Positions 29,873-40,357 of a stretch of 64,000 bases of DNA are shown piece after piece. The translations under genes and the position numbers were made by a program. The notes below the pieces were generated by a model. It worked only from the letters and a program-made list of their open reading frames with translations. It was not told where the DNA came from and did no database searches. Positions within the stretch are counted from its first letter, which is position 1; every line of letters starts with the position of its first letter. Where the stretch lies: positions 103,062 through 167,061 of IMG/VR virus record IMGVR_UViG_3300021431_000077. The stretch is one strand, 5' to 3'. The DNA comes from a virus (lineage: Duplodnaviria > Heunggongvirae > Uroviricota > Caudoviricetes).

Positions 29873-30063
29873 GTTTAACCTCTCTTGTTTGTTGTTTCTA
29901 TGCTATAAATATAGTTAATTAAATCCGATTTGTCAATAGGTAAAATAAAAAAATTTATCGACAGCATATCGCCTCTTCCTGCTGGCGAAGGCGGAAAGGG
30001 TGATAACCCAAGTTGAAAATCAAAAAGGAAAAAATAAAAATGCCCCCAATGAGGGGGCGAGGC

Positions 30064-30915
30064 TTATTCTTTGGTGAGCAAGTTCTGTTCAGGAGTAATC
30101 ATATTCTTTTCATCCAATGAACTATAATCGCTTACATCGCCAAACACAATACCATCTCTTTGTTCTTCGGTCAGGTATTCTTCGCTGTCAGCGTTCAGGC
30201 GTTCATCGTAGTCCACAAGACCTGTGGCGTGGTTCGGGAAATACCCATCGTCTATGTCAGCGTTGAGCAATCCCAAGCGGTCAAGCATATTGTAGGCTTC
30301 GTCAACATCAATTTCAGATTTGTATTTTTCTTGCCAACCGTTTTCCTTATTGTAGGTATAAATACCATAGTATTCCGTAACCTGTTCTTCTCCCCATTCG
30401 CAACGGAATTCAATGTCGGGATAAAGTTCGCAAATCTTTTTCATCAACCCATTGGCAGGAGAGTAAGCACAATCGGTAGTAAACTCAATTTCACCAGTGC
30501 TGTCCAAATTGGAGTGCAAGTCTTCTTTTGTGTCAATGACTTCGCCATACTCGTTATTGAAAGCGGTGTGGCAAAAACCCCATTTTGAACCCCATACCTG
30601 AACGCAGAACGAATACCAATCGTCATAGCCGTAGTCTTTGATGCATTGCTCCCTTTGCTTGCGTTCGGCTTCCTCGTCATAGTTCGGGTTGTCCTTCATA
30701 TCATCTTTGGTCTGCACGTATTTAGCCATATTAGACAACTTCTGAATACCCTCGGGAATAGGGATAATGCTTTCGCTATTCAAGTCCAAAATGCTATCGT
30801 GCCAATTCCTCTTGTCAAGCACAATAACGTGCTTGTCAATGAAAGTGTGGAGTTGCTTTTTCGCTTCGTCAGTCTTTGCGGTAAGCGTGATAATGTTGTT
30901 GTTCCAATTAGGCAT
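30064..30915 (-). CDS. YubB/DUF1281-like ferredoxin-fold protein
   Basis: MPNWNNN N-terminus, WYSFCVQVWGSKW and FTTDCAYSP motifs. Confidence 0.8.
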   Translation of the reverse strand: MPNWNNNIITLTAKTDEAKKQLHTFIDKHVIVLDKRNWHDSILDLNSESIIPIPEGIQKLSNMAKYVQTKDDMKDNPNYDEEAERKQREQCIKDYGYDDWYSFCVQVWGSKWGFCHTAFNNEYGEVIDTKEDLHSNLDSTGEIEFTTDCAYSPANGLMKKICELYPDIEFRCEWGEEQVTEYYGIYTYNKENGWQEKYKSEIDVDEAYNMLDRLGLLNADIDDGYFPNHATGLVDYDERLNADSEEYLTEEQRDGIVFGDVSDYSSLDEKNMITPEQNLLTKE

Positions 30916-31123
30916 AAGCCATTCTCCGTTGTTTATGTTTCTATGCTATAAATATAGATAATTAAATCTAGTTTGTCAATAGGTTTTAATAAAAAATTTC
31001 TACTGCCAATCCTGTCGTCATACCCCTGTTGGGACTGCTGGTTCACGGGGACAGGGTGATAACCCATGTTGAACCCCAATATTAAAAAAATTAAAACCCC
31101 TCTTGCGAGGGGCGGTTTTGTTC

Positions 31124-31417
31124 TTATTTCAGGCAATTCGCATATTCGGCAGGGATATTCTCGGAAACCCATACACGGCAAAGTGCGTCAGCATAATGCT
31201 CTGCGTAATGTTCGGTCAGTTGGTCATAATCAATGAACTCAGACCAATTATATTTGGGAACACGGATTTTAAGGCTATCACCGCTACTAAAATTGCTTAC
31301 GCCAACGTTAATAACCACTTCTACATTGCCCAAATCGGCAAAGGGAAGTTTGTTAAGAACTTTCTTTTTAAGGCTGTTAAGAAAATCAACAGGTTCTAAT
31401 CTCGGTTCGTTACTCAT
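31124..31417 (-). CDS. hypothetical protein
   Basis: Start MSNEPRL after GGAGG. Confidence 0.7.
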   Translation of the reverse strand: MSNEPRLEPVDFLNSLKKKVLNKLPFADLGNVEVVINVGVSNFSSGDSLKIRVPKYNWSEFIDYDQLTEHYAEHYADALCRVWVSENIPAEYANCLK

Positions 31418-31431
31418 AGTTATACCTCCGT

Positions 31432-31701
31432 TCAGTCGTCTATCAAGTCCACAATGTCCTTTACCGAGAGCCATTCGTGGTGAACATAGCACCCAGCTTC
31501 GTCATCGAGGTCGCCATACTTTTCTTCAATCTTGTCTTTCAACTCATCAGTGTCAATCTCGCCATCGGAGTCGCACTGGTCAATCAAATCGACAATGTTC
31601 TTGACGGAAAGCCATTCGCTATTTCCTGCATAGCAACCGCATTCATCGTCAAGGCTACCATACGTTTCTTCAATTTTGTTTTTGAGCTTTTGTGTGTCCA
31701 T
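31432..31701 (-). CDS. hypothetical protein made of two tandem repeats of about 45 aa
   Basis: DTQKLKNKIEETYGSLDDECGCY...EWLSVKNIVDLID / DTDELKDKIEEKYGDLDDEAGCY..EWLSVKDIVDLID. Confidence 0.85.
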   Translation of the reverse strand: MDTQKLKNKIEETYGSLDDECGCYAGNSEWLSVKNIVDLIDQCDSDGEIDTDELKDKIEEKYGDLDDEAGCYVHHEWLSVKDIVDLIDD

Positions 31702-31924
31702 AGTTTACCTCGTTTGTTTCTTGTTTCTATGCTATAAATATACCTAATTAAATTGGGTTTGTCAATAGGGGTTATCAACTTTTTGTGTAAACTTTTGTAA
31801 ACCGATGTCCAGTCGAGGGCGGAAGCAGAGCTCCTCGACTCCAGGACATCGCAGGGTGATAACCCAAGTTGGATATTCAGCCCTGTAAAAAAGAAATGCC
31901 CCTTTCGGGGCGGTTATTAAAAAA

Positions 31925-32164
31925 TTATTTTTTGACTTCGACATCGCAGGGTTTTACCGCAAGAATAAGACCGCCCTCGCCACTATATTTTGGCAACTCA
32001 TTGCCGCTATCATAGACTTTCCCATTCATACTTCTCTGAACCATATAGCAACCATCGTAGGAAAACAGATATACAAATTCCGTTCCGACAACAAATTGCC
32101 TGCCAATGCCGTAGCACTTGATGTAATTCTTTGCTACAAGAACAGTTCCTTTTTTCAAAGCCAT
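31925..32164 (-). CDS. hypothetical protein
   Basis: Start MALKKG. Confidence 0.7.
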   Translation of the reverse strand: MALKKGTVLVAKNYIKCYGIGRQFVVGTEFVYLFSYDGCYMVQRSMNGKVYDSGNELPKYSGEGGLILAVKPCDVEVKK

Positions 32165-32177
32165 AGTTAAACCCCCT

Positions 32178-32564
32178 TTACAGAAGTCCGTCAAGATAGT
32201 CTCGGCACAACTTACGCATATTATTCTTTGCGGTCATATCGCCCTTGACACGCAGATAATCAAACACAGGCATTTGCGAGTTGAACTCAACTTCGGCTCC
32301 GACTTTTCCCCTCGGTGAACCACCCTTGTCCGCAGGTGCTTTTGTAGCAACCACGTTAAGAATAGTCATATAAGGGTTATGCTTATCAACACACTCTACC
32401 CTAAATTCATCACCAGCAATCCACTTGTGGAAGTCTCCGTGGTCTTGCTTGTATTTTTCGCCAATGACTATGGTATCGCCCTCTTTGACTTTCGCCATAG
32501 ATTCTTTGCAAGCATTGAAGATAATCTTCGTTGCTTTTTCTACAAATTCTGTTTCTTTGCACAT
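32178..32564 (-). CDS. hypothetical protein
   Basis: GAGG RBS, own promoter. Confidence 0.8.
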   Translation of the reverse strand: MCKETEFVEKATKIIFNACKESMAKVKEGDTIVIGEKYKQDHGDFHKWIAGDEFRVECVDKHNPYMTILNVVATKAPADKGGSPRGKVGAEVEFNSQMPVFDYLRVKGDMTAKNNMRKLCRDYLDGLL

Positions 32565-32786
32565 TGTTATACCTCGTTTGTTTCTATGTATATAATATAC
32601 CTAATTAAATTCAGTTAGTCAAGGGTCTAGGCTTATTTTTTATGTAAAGTTTCGTAAACAAGGTGAATGAAACCGTAGGCTCGACGCCGCTACGGGCATG
32701 GGGTGATAACCCAAGTTGAATATCAGGGGGGAATCAGAAGAAAACCCCCTCTTTCGAGGGGGCTTGATGAGGTATTCAGGCAATCT

Positions 32787-33050
32787 TTAAATGACCCTTA
32801 CACACCATTCGTTTGTGTTGTCAATCTTGTTTAATCGGCTAGCCCTTTCCTCGGCTGCCGCCTGCGTATTCCACGAACTATCAAAGTTCGCACTCCAAGA
32901 CGAACCCTTACGAACCATAAACCCATGAGGATAACCATCGGGCGGTTGTATCACGTTTCCGTCAATCGTTGCACCCACTTGATAGCCTAGTACAACTCCG
33001 TCTTTCACAACAGAGTTGCAAGCCAAATAGATAGAGCTTTCCATACTCAT
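32787..33050 (-). CDS. hypothetical protein
   Basis: Cassette gene 2. Confidence 0.75.
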   Translation of the reverse strand: MSMESSIYLACNSVVKDGVVLGYQVGATIDGNVIQPPDGYPHGFMVRKGSSWSANFDSSWNTQAAAEERASRLNKIDNTNEWCVRVI

Positions 33051-33059
33051 AGTAAACCC

Positions 33060-33287
33060 CTAGACGGTAGTTGTGCAGTCCTTGAACGCCCTAATATCGC
33101 TATCTACAAGGTAGGTATCAACATAAGCGTTATCACTATCGGCTTCATCTTCAAAGCAGTCTGCCTTGCTTGCTCGGCTGACTACCTCTTCATCGGACAG
33201 GTCATCTTTGCTACGCACCATAAAGGAATAGCCGTGAGACCTAGACATTACATCTACTTTGTAATAGTAGTATTCGCCACTTTTCAT
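33060..33287 (-). CDS. hypothetical protein
   Basis: Cassette gene 1. Confidence 0.75.
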   Translation of the reverse strand: MKSGEYYYYKVDVMSRSHGYSFMVRSKDDLSDEEVVSRASKADCFEDEADSDNAYVDTYLVDSDIRAFKDCTTTV

Positions 33288-33492
33288 AATTACCTCGTTG
33301 TTTGTTGTTTCTATACTAAATATAGTTAATTAAATTCAATTTGTCAATAATAAAAATAAATTTTTTTTCTCACGGCGGAGGACTCGTGCTTCTCCTGGTT
33401 CCAACAGCAGAAGGGTGATAACCCAAGTTGGATATCGGGGCGAACACGAGAGAAAACCCCCCGCCTTTCGGCAGGGGGCTTCGGACGAGGTA

Positions 33493-34023
33493 TTAGAAAA
33501 GGTAATTTTTTCCGCCCATTGGGTAGTTGCGAGAAAAGCAGGGTTGGAACAATTGTTTAGCCAAGCCCGAGGGGTCATATTGGTATTCTTCTTCGTGCTT
33601 TTCAAGCCATGCTTGCCCACGCTTATTGATAATTTTTATATCAGCATGGTTGGTTCCGTCATGGTGGTAGCCATTGATATGCATCCCATCCTTGTCTTGC
33701 CAAATCTTGATGTTGTCGCAGGAACTGAACAGACCGAGCAGGTCATCCACGTTCTTCAAGACCTTGCCGCCATAGCGTTGACCATTCCAAAGGTCATCAT
33801 AACCCCAAGCCACCATAGGGAACAACTTGCAATACTTCATGTTGCCCTTAAAGTCATCGTGTTCAAGTTGCAGGGTATCATTGACATAGTTCCAATAGTC
33901 TTGCGAACCCTCTTCTTCGGGTTCTCTTTCATTGGCTTCGCAGTTCTCTTTGTATTCTTCGTAGGAAACATCTCGGTTGGTTTCAAGGGCAACCCATTCG
34001 GTAATCTTTTCTTTCTTACTCAT
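33493..34023 (-). CDS. conserved phage hypothetical protein
   Basis: Start MSKKEKIT; LWNG..GG and HHDGTN motifs. Confidence 0.8.
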   Translation of the reverse strand: MSKKEKITEWVALETNRDVSYEEYKENCEANEREPEEEGSQDYWNYVNDTLQLEHDDFKGNMKYCKLFPMVAWGYDDLWNGQRYGGKVLKNVDDLLGLFSSCDNIKIWQDKDGMHINGYHHDGTNHADIKIINKRGQAWLEKHEEEYQYDPSGLAKQLFQPCFSRNYPMGGKNYLF

Positions 34024-34237
34024 AGTGCTTACTCCGTTGTTGTTTGTATCTATAATATACCTAATTAAATTCAGTTTGTCAAGGGTTAGCAACAAATTTT
34101 ATGTAAAGATTTCTAAACACGGTGAATGAAACCGTAGGCTCGACGACGCTACGGGCATGGGGTGATAACCCAAGTTGAATATCGGGAGGGGGCGTAAAGA
34201 AAACCCCTCTTGCGAGGGGGCGAGGTTCAGCGTTGCT

Positions 34238-34495
34238 CTACACCAAGTCCTTATTCACTTCAACGCAGTGTATCTCAAAGGTCAATGTATAGCTTACACT
34301 GTCTTCAATATAGCACGACCATTCGCTCTTTTCTTTTTCGTCAAATTCACCAATGTCTTCGTGTTCAGCAACACTTTCCCACGCAGAACGTATGGCTTTT
34401 TTGCAGTCATCAAACGAACCTGCCGCAATCACCGACACAGTAGAGCCGTCGCAATCTTCGGCACGCAGTTTAGTTGCAACATAGATTTTCTTCAT
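34238..34495 (-). CDS. hypothetical acidic protein
   Basis: Single-gene cassette. Confidence 0.8.
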   Translation of the reverse strand: MKKIYVATKLRAEDCDGSTVSVIAAGSFDDCKKAIRSAWESVAEHEDIGEFDEKEKSEWSCYIEDSVSYTLTFEIHCVEVNKDLV

Positions 34496-34706
34496 AGTTT
34501 ACCTCGTTGTTTCTATATATAATATACATAATTAAATCCATTTTGTCAATAGGGGATAGCAACTTTTTTCTGTCTGGAAGACACCGTGAATGGAATCTGG
34601 GGATTCGAGGATTCTGGTAACAGGGTGATAACCCAAGTTGAATATCGGGCTTGCCAGAAAGAAAGCCCCCTCTTGCGAGGGGACTTAGGAGTTGTATGAC
34701 ACAAAA

Positions 34707-34994
34707 TTACAAGTAAATATCAGTGATGTAAAAGTCGTTGCAATCTTCTTGTTCAAACAGACCAATCAAATCTCTGATACTATAACAATAATAAAAAATA
34801 TCCTCATCGTCATCGGGCAAGTTGTCTTCGCTATAATCACCCTCAATGGCAATGGTCTGTGTTAATTCGCTGTCATCGTCCGTGAAATGAACATTGACCT
34901 CAACACGGGTTAAACCTTGTTCTTCAACTTGTTTAATTTTTTCCTTTATTTCATCGGAAAGCTTATCATAAGTTTCTTGCGTTGCGTCTATCAT
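34707..34994 (-). CDS. hypothetical acidic protein
   Basis: Start MIDATQE overlapping the upstream stop. Confidence 0.7.
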   Translation of the reverse strand: MIDATQETYDKLSDEIKEKIKQVEEQGLTRVEVNVHFTDDDSELTQTIAIEGDYSEDNLPDDDEDIFYYCYSIRDLIGLFEQEDCNDFYITDIYL

Positions 34995-35392
34995 ATTAAA
35001 TACCTCACTTCTTCGGTATCGTAATTTACAACCGTTGAGACAATCCCAATGCCCGACCAAACACGCCACCACTTATGGCAGTTAGGACATTCCCTATCCT
35101 CTTCGCTAATGGTGACTTTCTTGCCCTCGGTGCGTTCGCCTGTCACCTTATCGTACTGGGGTATCGTGTAGTCAAAGTTGCGGGCGGCGAACTCCAACGA
35201 ATCATCGGTAGCTCCGCAGAACGGACACTTGCAGGCTTCTTGGTGAGACTTCAAGGCTAATGCGTGCATGACAATCTGCTTGCCAGCACAAAAGCCGTTT
35301 ACTCGGACTTCCCACCGCCCTTTGTAGAACTTGTTTCGTCTCTTGTCAAAGGACTTGTTTACCTCTTGCGAGGTGTAAGGTAGATGTGACAT
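34991..35392 (-). CDS. hypothetical Zn-ribbon protein
   Basis: CPFC...CPNC. Confidence 0.8.
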   Translation of the reverse strand: MSHLPYTSQEVNKSFDKRRNKFYKGRWEVRVNGFCAGKQIVMHALALKSHQEACKCPFCGATDDSLEFAARNFDYTIPQYDKVTGERTEGKKVTISEEDRECPNCHKWWRVWSGIGIVSTVVNYDTEEVRYLI

Positions 35393-35610
35393 ATTTACTT
35401 CTCCGTTGTGTTGTTTTCGTTGTATTATAAATATACCTAATTAAATTCAGTTTGTCAAGCCCTAAACAGAAAAAACTGGAAAGCTCGTGATTCTCCTGGT
35501 TCCAGCGGCAGAGGGGTGATAACCCAAGTTGAAAATATGGTGGCACACGAGAAGAAACCCCCACCCATTCGGGCAGGGGCATTCAACGAGGTAGGAGGTA
35601 AGCTTGTTCG

Positions 35611-35874
35611 TCAGCTCGGTTCGTCAGCGAGGAACCATTCACCGCAGAAGTCGCCCTCTTCGTTGAGCTTGTCAACAAGATTGTCTGCATCCTCACGGCT
35701 TAAATCCACCTTGAAGTTGATTTGTGCAGGGGAACCATCCACCCACTGTTCATTGGCGGCAATTCCTACAACATGTTGTTCAAGGTGCTTTCTAATCATT
35801 ATGCAAAGATAATTGGCAAAGCCATTCGCATTATCCTTGATTCCATTCTTGACGTTCAAAAAGATTTCTGTCAT
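35611..35874 (-). CDS. hypothetical protein
   Basis: Cassette gene 2. Confidence 0.75.
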   Translation of the reverse strand: MTEIFLNVKNGIKDNANGFANYLCIMIRKHLEQHVVGIAANEQWVDGSPAQINFKVDLSREDADNLVDKLNEEGDFCGEWFLADEPS

Positions 35875-35884
35875 ACGATACCCC

Positions 35885-36298
35885 TTATAGTTTCTCTTTC
35901 TTGGTTACAAAAGTAGCAATAGGTTCAGACTCTTTCTTGCTTCCTTTTACATAGATAAAACACTTGCCAACCGTATATCTCTTGGTGTAATCCTCGCACC
36001 ATTTCAATGCTTCGGCAAGTGAATCAAAGCTATCGGTTTCGTGAAACTCACCGTTTTCATATCTGATACAGAACTCGCATAGGAAAGCCAATCCGTCAAG
36101 TTGGATGAGCCGACCACCGACAAGAAGAAACTCCTTGCCACAATGCCCATTCGCAGGGTCGCACAAGTAGTCTAGTTTCTCTATGGGGTAATCCTTGCCT
36201 AGTGTTTTCTTGGTAAGTTCCCATTGGCTTTCATCAAAGGTAAGTTGTGCGGTCTTCGTTTTGAAAGGGGCAATTACTGTTATTCGTCCAAAGTTCAT
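35885..36298 (-). CDS. hypothetical protein
   Basis: Start MNFGRIT after GGAGG. Confidence 0.75.
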   Translation of the reverse strand: MNFGRITVIAPFKTKTAQLTFDESQWELTKKTLGKDYPIEKLDYLCDPANGHCGKEFLLVGGRLIQLDGLAFLCEFCIRYENGEFHETDSFDSLAEALKWCEDYTKRYTVGKCFIYVKGSKKESEPIATFVTKKEKL

Positions 36299-36544
36299 TT
36301 TAACCTCCGCTGTTCTATATATAATATAGCTAATTAAATTCAGTTTGTCAATAGCCAACATAAAAAAATTTACTGGAAATGAGATGACCCGACGAGATGA
36401 CCCCTCGACGCTGCTCCAGTGTAGGGGTGATAACCCAAGTTGAATATCGGGGAGGGAATCGAAGAAAACCCTCGTCGTTCGACGAGGGCTGTAATGCGGA
36501 AAGTGTAGGGGTGTTTGAGTCTTGGTTAATACCGCATTACCTTT

Positions 36545-36877
36545 CTAAACTCCGTGTTCCTTCGTAAGATAGAACATATCCCACGAACAATTACGCATAG
36601 CCTTCATCTGCTTGCGAGTTGCGGTGTCCTTCCAAAGCACTTTGTGTTCATTCCCGAACATAATGTAGAGAACGGTCTGGGCGAGTATTCGTGAGACCAC
36701 AATATCTGTGAAGTCTCCGTTAAGAAGTTCGGGGTGCTTTTCAAGGCACTCCTTAATCGCACCCCTTACCTTATTCATGTGGATAGAATCCTTGACGAAA
36801 TCAGTCGCATTATCCACAATGGACTTACGATTGAACTCTGTTAAAGACTTCTTGCTAATCTTGATTGCTTTTGCCAT
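36545..36877 (-). CDS. hypothetical protein
   Basis: Single-gene cassette. Confidence 0.8.
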   Translation of the reverse strand: MAKAIKISKKSLTEFNRKSIVDNATDFVKDSIHMNKVRGAIKECLEKHPELLNGDFTDIVVSRILAQTVLYIMFGNEHKVLWKDTATRKQMKAMRNCSWDMFYLTKEHGV

Positions 36878-37130
36878 AGTGATACCTCGTTTGTTTCTAT
36901 ATAATATAGTTAATTAAAATAGGTTTGTCAAGGGGGTGTATCAATTTTTTGTTGGAAAAATCTACTGCCAACCCTGTCGTCAAGACCCCTGTTGGGACTG
37001 CTGGTCCCCAGTGGAGGGGTGATAACCCAAGTTGAAAACCCAGCAGGAACAAAAAAGAACACCGCCGTTCGGCGGTGGGAGCAGTTAGGTGAAAGTTTAG
37101 GGGTGTTAAGTTTGTTTCCTAACCGCTCTT

Positions 37131-37748
37131 TTAAACGAATTTGTTAAAGAATGCTTTGACATTTTCAATTCCCGCCTTAACGGATTCAAGATACTTGTCA
37201 AACAATACTTCACTAATCATATACAAATGACCAATTTTATCCCAATGCCTTTTATGCTTTCCCTTGAACCCGCAGGTTTCCACGTCAGAACTTCTGAACA
37301 AGATAATATGGCTGTTGCTTACCTTACAGAATGTAAGCCATATATATCCCTCGCAGGAATAATAACCACCCTTGACATTACGGAAAGCAGGAATGACAAT
37401 CGGATTTTTGCCATAGCAAAAAGTATTCAATTCCTTATCCCACTTTGCCTTTGAACGCAGGAACAAGTCCTTATGAACAATAGCATAGGTAATATAACTC
37501 TTGCCGTTTCCACTTTCCCATAATGCCTTATACTCAACATTGACTATTTGATAGTCATTGCCAAATGATTCCCGAATAGTCTTGTCAAGTGCAAGCAATT
37601 CATTTGCGGTGAACTCCGTTTCAATCAGTTCATCACCCTTTTTTTGCTCAAAGGACATAGGGATTTGCCTTGCCTGTGCGTGTTCAATAGAGTAGTGAGA
37701 CTTAATGTAGGATTCTCTTTGGCGAGAGTATTTAATGATATGTGCCAT
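37131..37748 (-). CDS. hypothetical protein
   Basis: Single-gene cassette. Confidence 0.8.
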   Translation of the reverse strand: MAHIIKYSRQRESYIKSHYSIEHAQARQIPMSFEQKKGDELIETEFTANELLALDKTIRESFGNDYQIVNVEYKALWESGNGKSYITYAIVHKDLFLRSKAKWDKELNTFCYGKNPIVIPAFRNVKGGYYSCEGYIWLTFCKVSNSHIILFRSSDVETCGFKGKHKRHWDKIGHLYMISEVLFDKYLESVKAGIENVKAFFNKFV

Positions 37749-37973
37749 GTTATTACCTCGTTGTTTGTATCTATAATATAGATAATTAAATCTGTTTTGT
37801 CAAGTATCTAATTAAATTATTTTCATAATCCGCACGGATTATTCCCCTGAACCCTGACGACCGACGGAAGCTCCAGTCAGGACTAGGGTGATAACCCAAG
37901 TTGAATATCGGGTGGAAACAAAGTTTAACCCCCTCTTGCGAGGGGGCTTTGTCGTCAGGAGTAAAGCGACGGA

Positions 37974-38327
37974 TTACGAATTGAAATCTGCAAGATAGCA
38001 GGAAATTACTTTCGCCATTTTGCGAGCAGGGAGAACTGGAATGTCCGAAGCCACCCCCTTGATTGTCAAGGTGGCATATTCCTTGCCATGGTTGTCAATG
38101 CCGTAGGTAATGCTTGCATCGCTGTGAGACCATTTGGTATCAGTCTTGTGCGAGTTGTTTGGCTTGAAAATGGTCTCAACGCACTTGGGAATTACATCGC
38201 TCTTCTGTTTCAAGCGAGTTCCATACTTGAACTCAAATACGAGGTAGCAAAGAACTTCCCTCATGTGGTTGGAGAAATCCTTGAACTTCTTTTGCGTGGT
38301 GGTGTCCATTGTCTTGTATCTAGGCAT
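37974..38327 (-). CDS. hypothetical protein
   Basis: Single-gene cassette. Confidence 0.8.
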   Translation of the reverse strand: MPRYKTMDTTTQKKFKDFSNHMREVLCYLVFEFKYGTRLKQKSDVIPKCVETIFKPNNSHKTDTKWSHSDASITYGIDNHGKEYATLTIKGVASDIPVLPARKMAKVISCYLADFNS

Positions 38328-38567
38328 TGTGTTGCTCCGTTGTTAGGTTGTTTGTTGTTTCTATGTTCCTAATATACATAATTAAATTTAATTTGTCAAG
38401 TATTTTTTGTAACATTTTATCAACATTCTATACCCGAACCCCGAGCGTCAGCGTCAGAGCAGCCCGCGTGCGAAGGCGGAAAGGGTGATAACCCATGTTG
38501 AATATCGGGGCAGAGCGTAAAAAATGCCCCCGTAAAGGGGGCGGCACTTCATCAGGGAGGTAAAAAC

Positions 38568-38930
38568 TTAATCCCACCAATCAGGCTTAGGGTCAGACGA
38601 TTTTTCAAGCGCTTCGCTCAACTTCATTCCGACAGGGATACTAATGTCTCGTTCAACGGCAGGGCAACCGAATTGTCTCAGTTTGGAGAGTTCAGAGAGG
38701 TCAATATCGCCATACTCGCTGAAATCTGGGTTTGCGTTGTTCACCACATAGCCGTAAGCAAGGTTTTCGTTATCCTCGTAGCCTTCAAGGATATACCACG
38801 TCAATGCGTGGGTGAAAGGGCAGAACAGACGGCAGGCGACCTTTGCTTCGCCTTTCAATCCGTCTTGCGAACCGCTAGGGTGTTTCTTCAAGAACTTCTT
38901 GACTTGTGCAGTGATAAGTTTCTGTGCCAT
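38568..38930 (-). CDS. DUF2958 family protein
   Basis: LITAQVKK...LFCPFTHALTWYILEG...YGYV...EYGDIDLSEL...VERD matches the DUF2958 pattern. Confidence 0.8.
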   Translation of the reverse strand: MAQKLITAQVKKFLKKHPSGSQDGLKGEAKVACRLFCPFTHALTWYILEGYEDNENLAYGYVVNNANPDFSEYGDIDLSELSKLRQFGCPAVERDISIPVGMKLSEALEKSSDPKPDWWD

Positions 38931-39133
38931 TTTATTACCTCGTTGTTTGTTTATGTATATAATATAGTTAATTAAATTAGGCTTGTCAATAGGGTTTCAA
39001 ACATTTTTGTGTAAACATTTCGTTACAACCCGAATGAAACCGTCGGGGACAGCTGCAGTCGAGGCTGGGGTGATAACCCAAGTTGAATATCGGGGCGACG
39101 AAAAAAGAAATCCCCTCTTGCGAGGGGCGGTGG

Positions 39134-39367
39134 TTAGTCTTCGTTAATGTAGCACTTTGAATCTTGAACGGCTCCGCAGTGAACGCATTGCTGAATGTAT
39201 TGATGCCCTATTACTCTGTCGCCTCTTGTTATAGTATAGTCCTTGACCGTTTTCCATTGGTGCCTGCATTGATTGGACATCTTCTTGATTGTAATGATGA
39301 TTGCTCCAACGATAGCGGAAACCCCACATACGCCCAATGAGACGATGAAGATTGTTAAGGGGAGCAT
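39134..39367 (-). CDS. small membrane protein with C-terminal CxxC
   Basis: TM segment then CRHQW...CVHC. Confidence 0.7.
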   Translation of the reverse strand: MLPLTIFIVSLGVCGVSAIVGAIIITIKKMSNQCRHQWKTVKDYTITRGDRVIGHQYIQQCVHCGAVQDSKCYINED

Positions 39368-39368
39368 A

Positions 39369-39560
39369 TTATACCCCCTCTGCCATAAACTTACGGAACA
39401 ATTCCATGCGATAGTCTTCCCGCTTTTGGCGTGAGATAAACCCACCCTCTACACGGAACTTGTCCACCCACCGCTCTGCACCTTCCATTACATCACCCCT
39501 TGGGTGCTTCTTTAATTCCTCAATATCTTTGGGAGTCAGTTTAACATTGATGAAAGCCAT
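39369..39560 (-). CDS. hypothetical protein
   Basis: GAGG RBS, own promoter. Confidence 0.75.
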   Translation of the reverse strand: MAFINVKLTPKDIEELKKHPRGDVMEGAERWVDKFRVEGGFISRQKREDYRMELFRKFMAEGV

Positions 39561-39761
39561 ATTATTACCTCGCTGTTTCTATATATAATATAGTTAATTA
39601 AATCTAGTTTGTCAAGCCATTTGAGAACTTTTTTGCCTGTCGTCAGACCCCTGTCGGAATCCTGGTTCGCCAGTGTAGGGGTGATAACCCAAGTTGAACG
39701 GACGACAGACGAAAAAAGAAACCCCCTCTTGCGAGGGGGCACGGAGCAGGACACAAATTTC

Positions 39762-39953
39762 TTATGCGGCTTTTTTCTTTTCCTTTTCCTTATAGCAGGC
39801 GGCACAAATCCAACCGCTTGCTATCTCTTTGTAGTAGGTCTTCTTGCCACAGCCTTGACAGCGGTGCTTCCTATCCCAAGCCTTTTGGTCAAAGTCCTTA
39901 CTGCGTTCAAACGAAGGCTCATCCACAACCTTTGGTATATCTATCCTATCCAT
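39762..39953 (-). CDS. small Zn-ribbon protein
   Basis: CQGC...CAAC. Confidence 0.65.
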   Translation of the reverse strand: MDRIDIPKVVDEPSFERSKDFDQKAWDRKHRCQGCGKKTYYKEIASGWICAACYKEKEKKKAA

Positions 39954-39963
39954 TGCTCACCCC

Positions 39964-40146
39964 CTATTCAAACGAGCCACATTCGCTCATCAAATTGGTA
40001 ATCAAGTGTGCTTGATAAGGGAAGTGATACCCACCCACCGCAACACTCTTGTCGCCAATAAAGGCACAGAGAACACCGCATTCCTTTTTCAGTTCAAGTC
40101 GGCTATCTACCTTCTTGCACTCAGCCACAAATTCGTTCAAACCCAT
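39964..40146 (-). CDS. hypothetical protein
   Basis: Cassette gene 1. Confidence 0.7.
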   Translation of the reverse strand: MGLNEFVAECKKVDSRLELKKECGVLCAFIGDKSVAVGGYHFPYQAHLITNLMSECGSFE

Positions 40147-40357
40147 TTTTACCTACCTTTTTAAGTGAGTTCTATATAATATATAGTAAATTAAATCCGT
40201 TTTGTCAAGTGGTCTAATAAAAAAATTGGCAGCAGACCATTCAGAGGAGACGGCGGGCGAGCTGGGAAAGGGTGATAACCTAAGTTGAATATCGGGCGGG
40301 GCGACAAAAAGAGGGTTGCAACCGAGTTGCAACCCTCCACAACGGAAGTAAGTAAAC

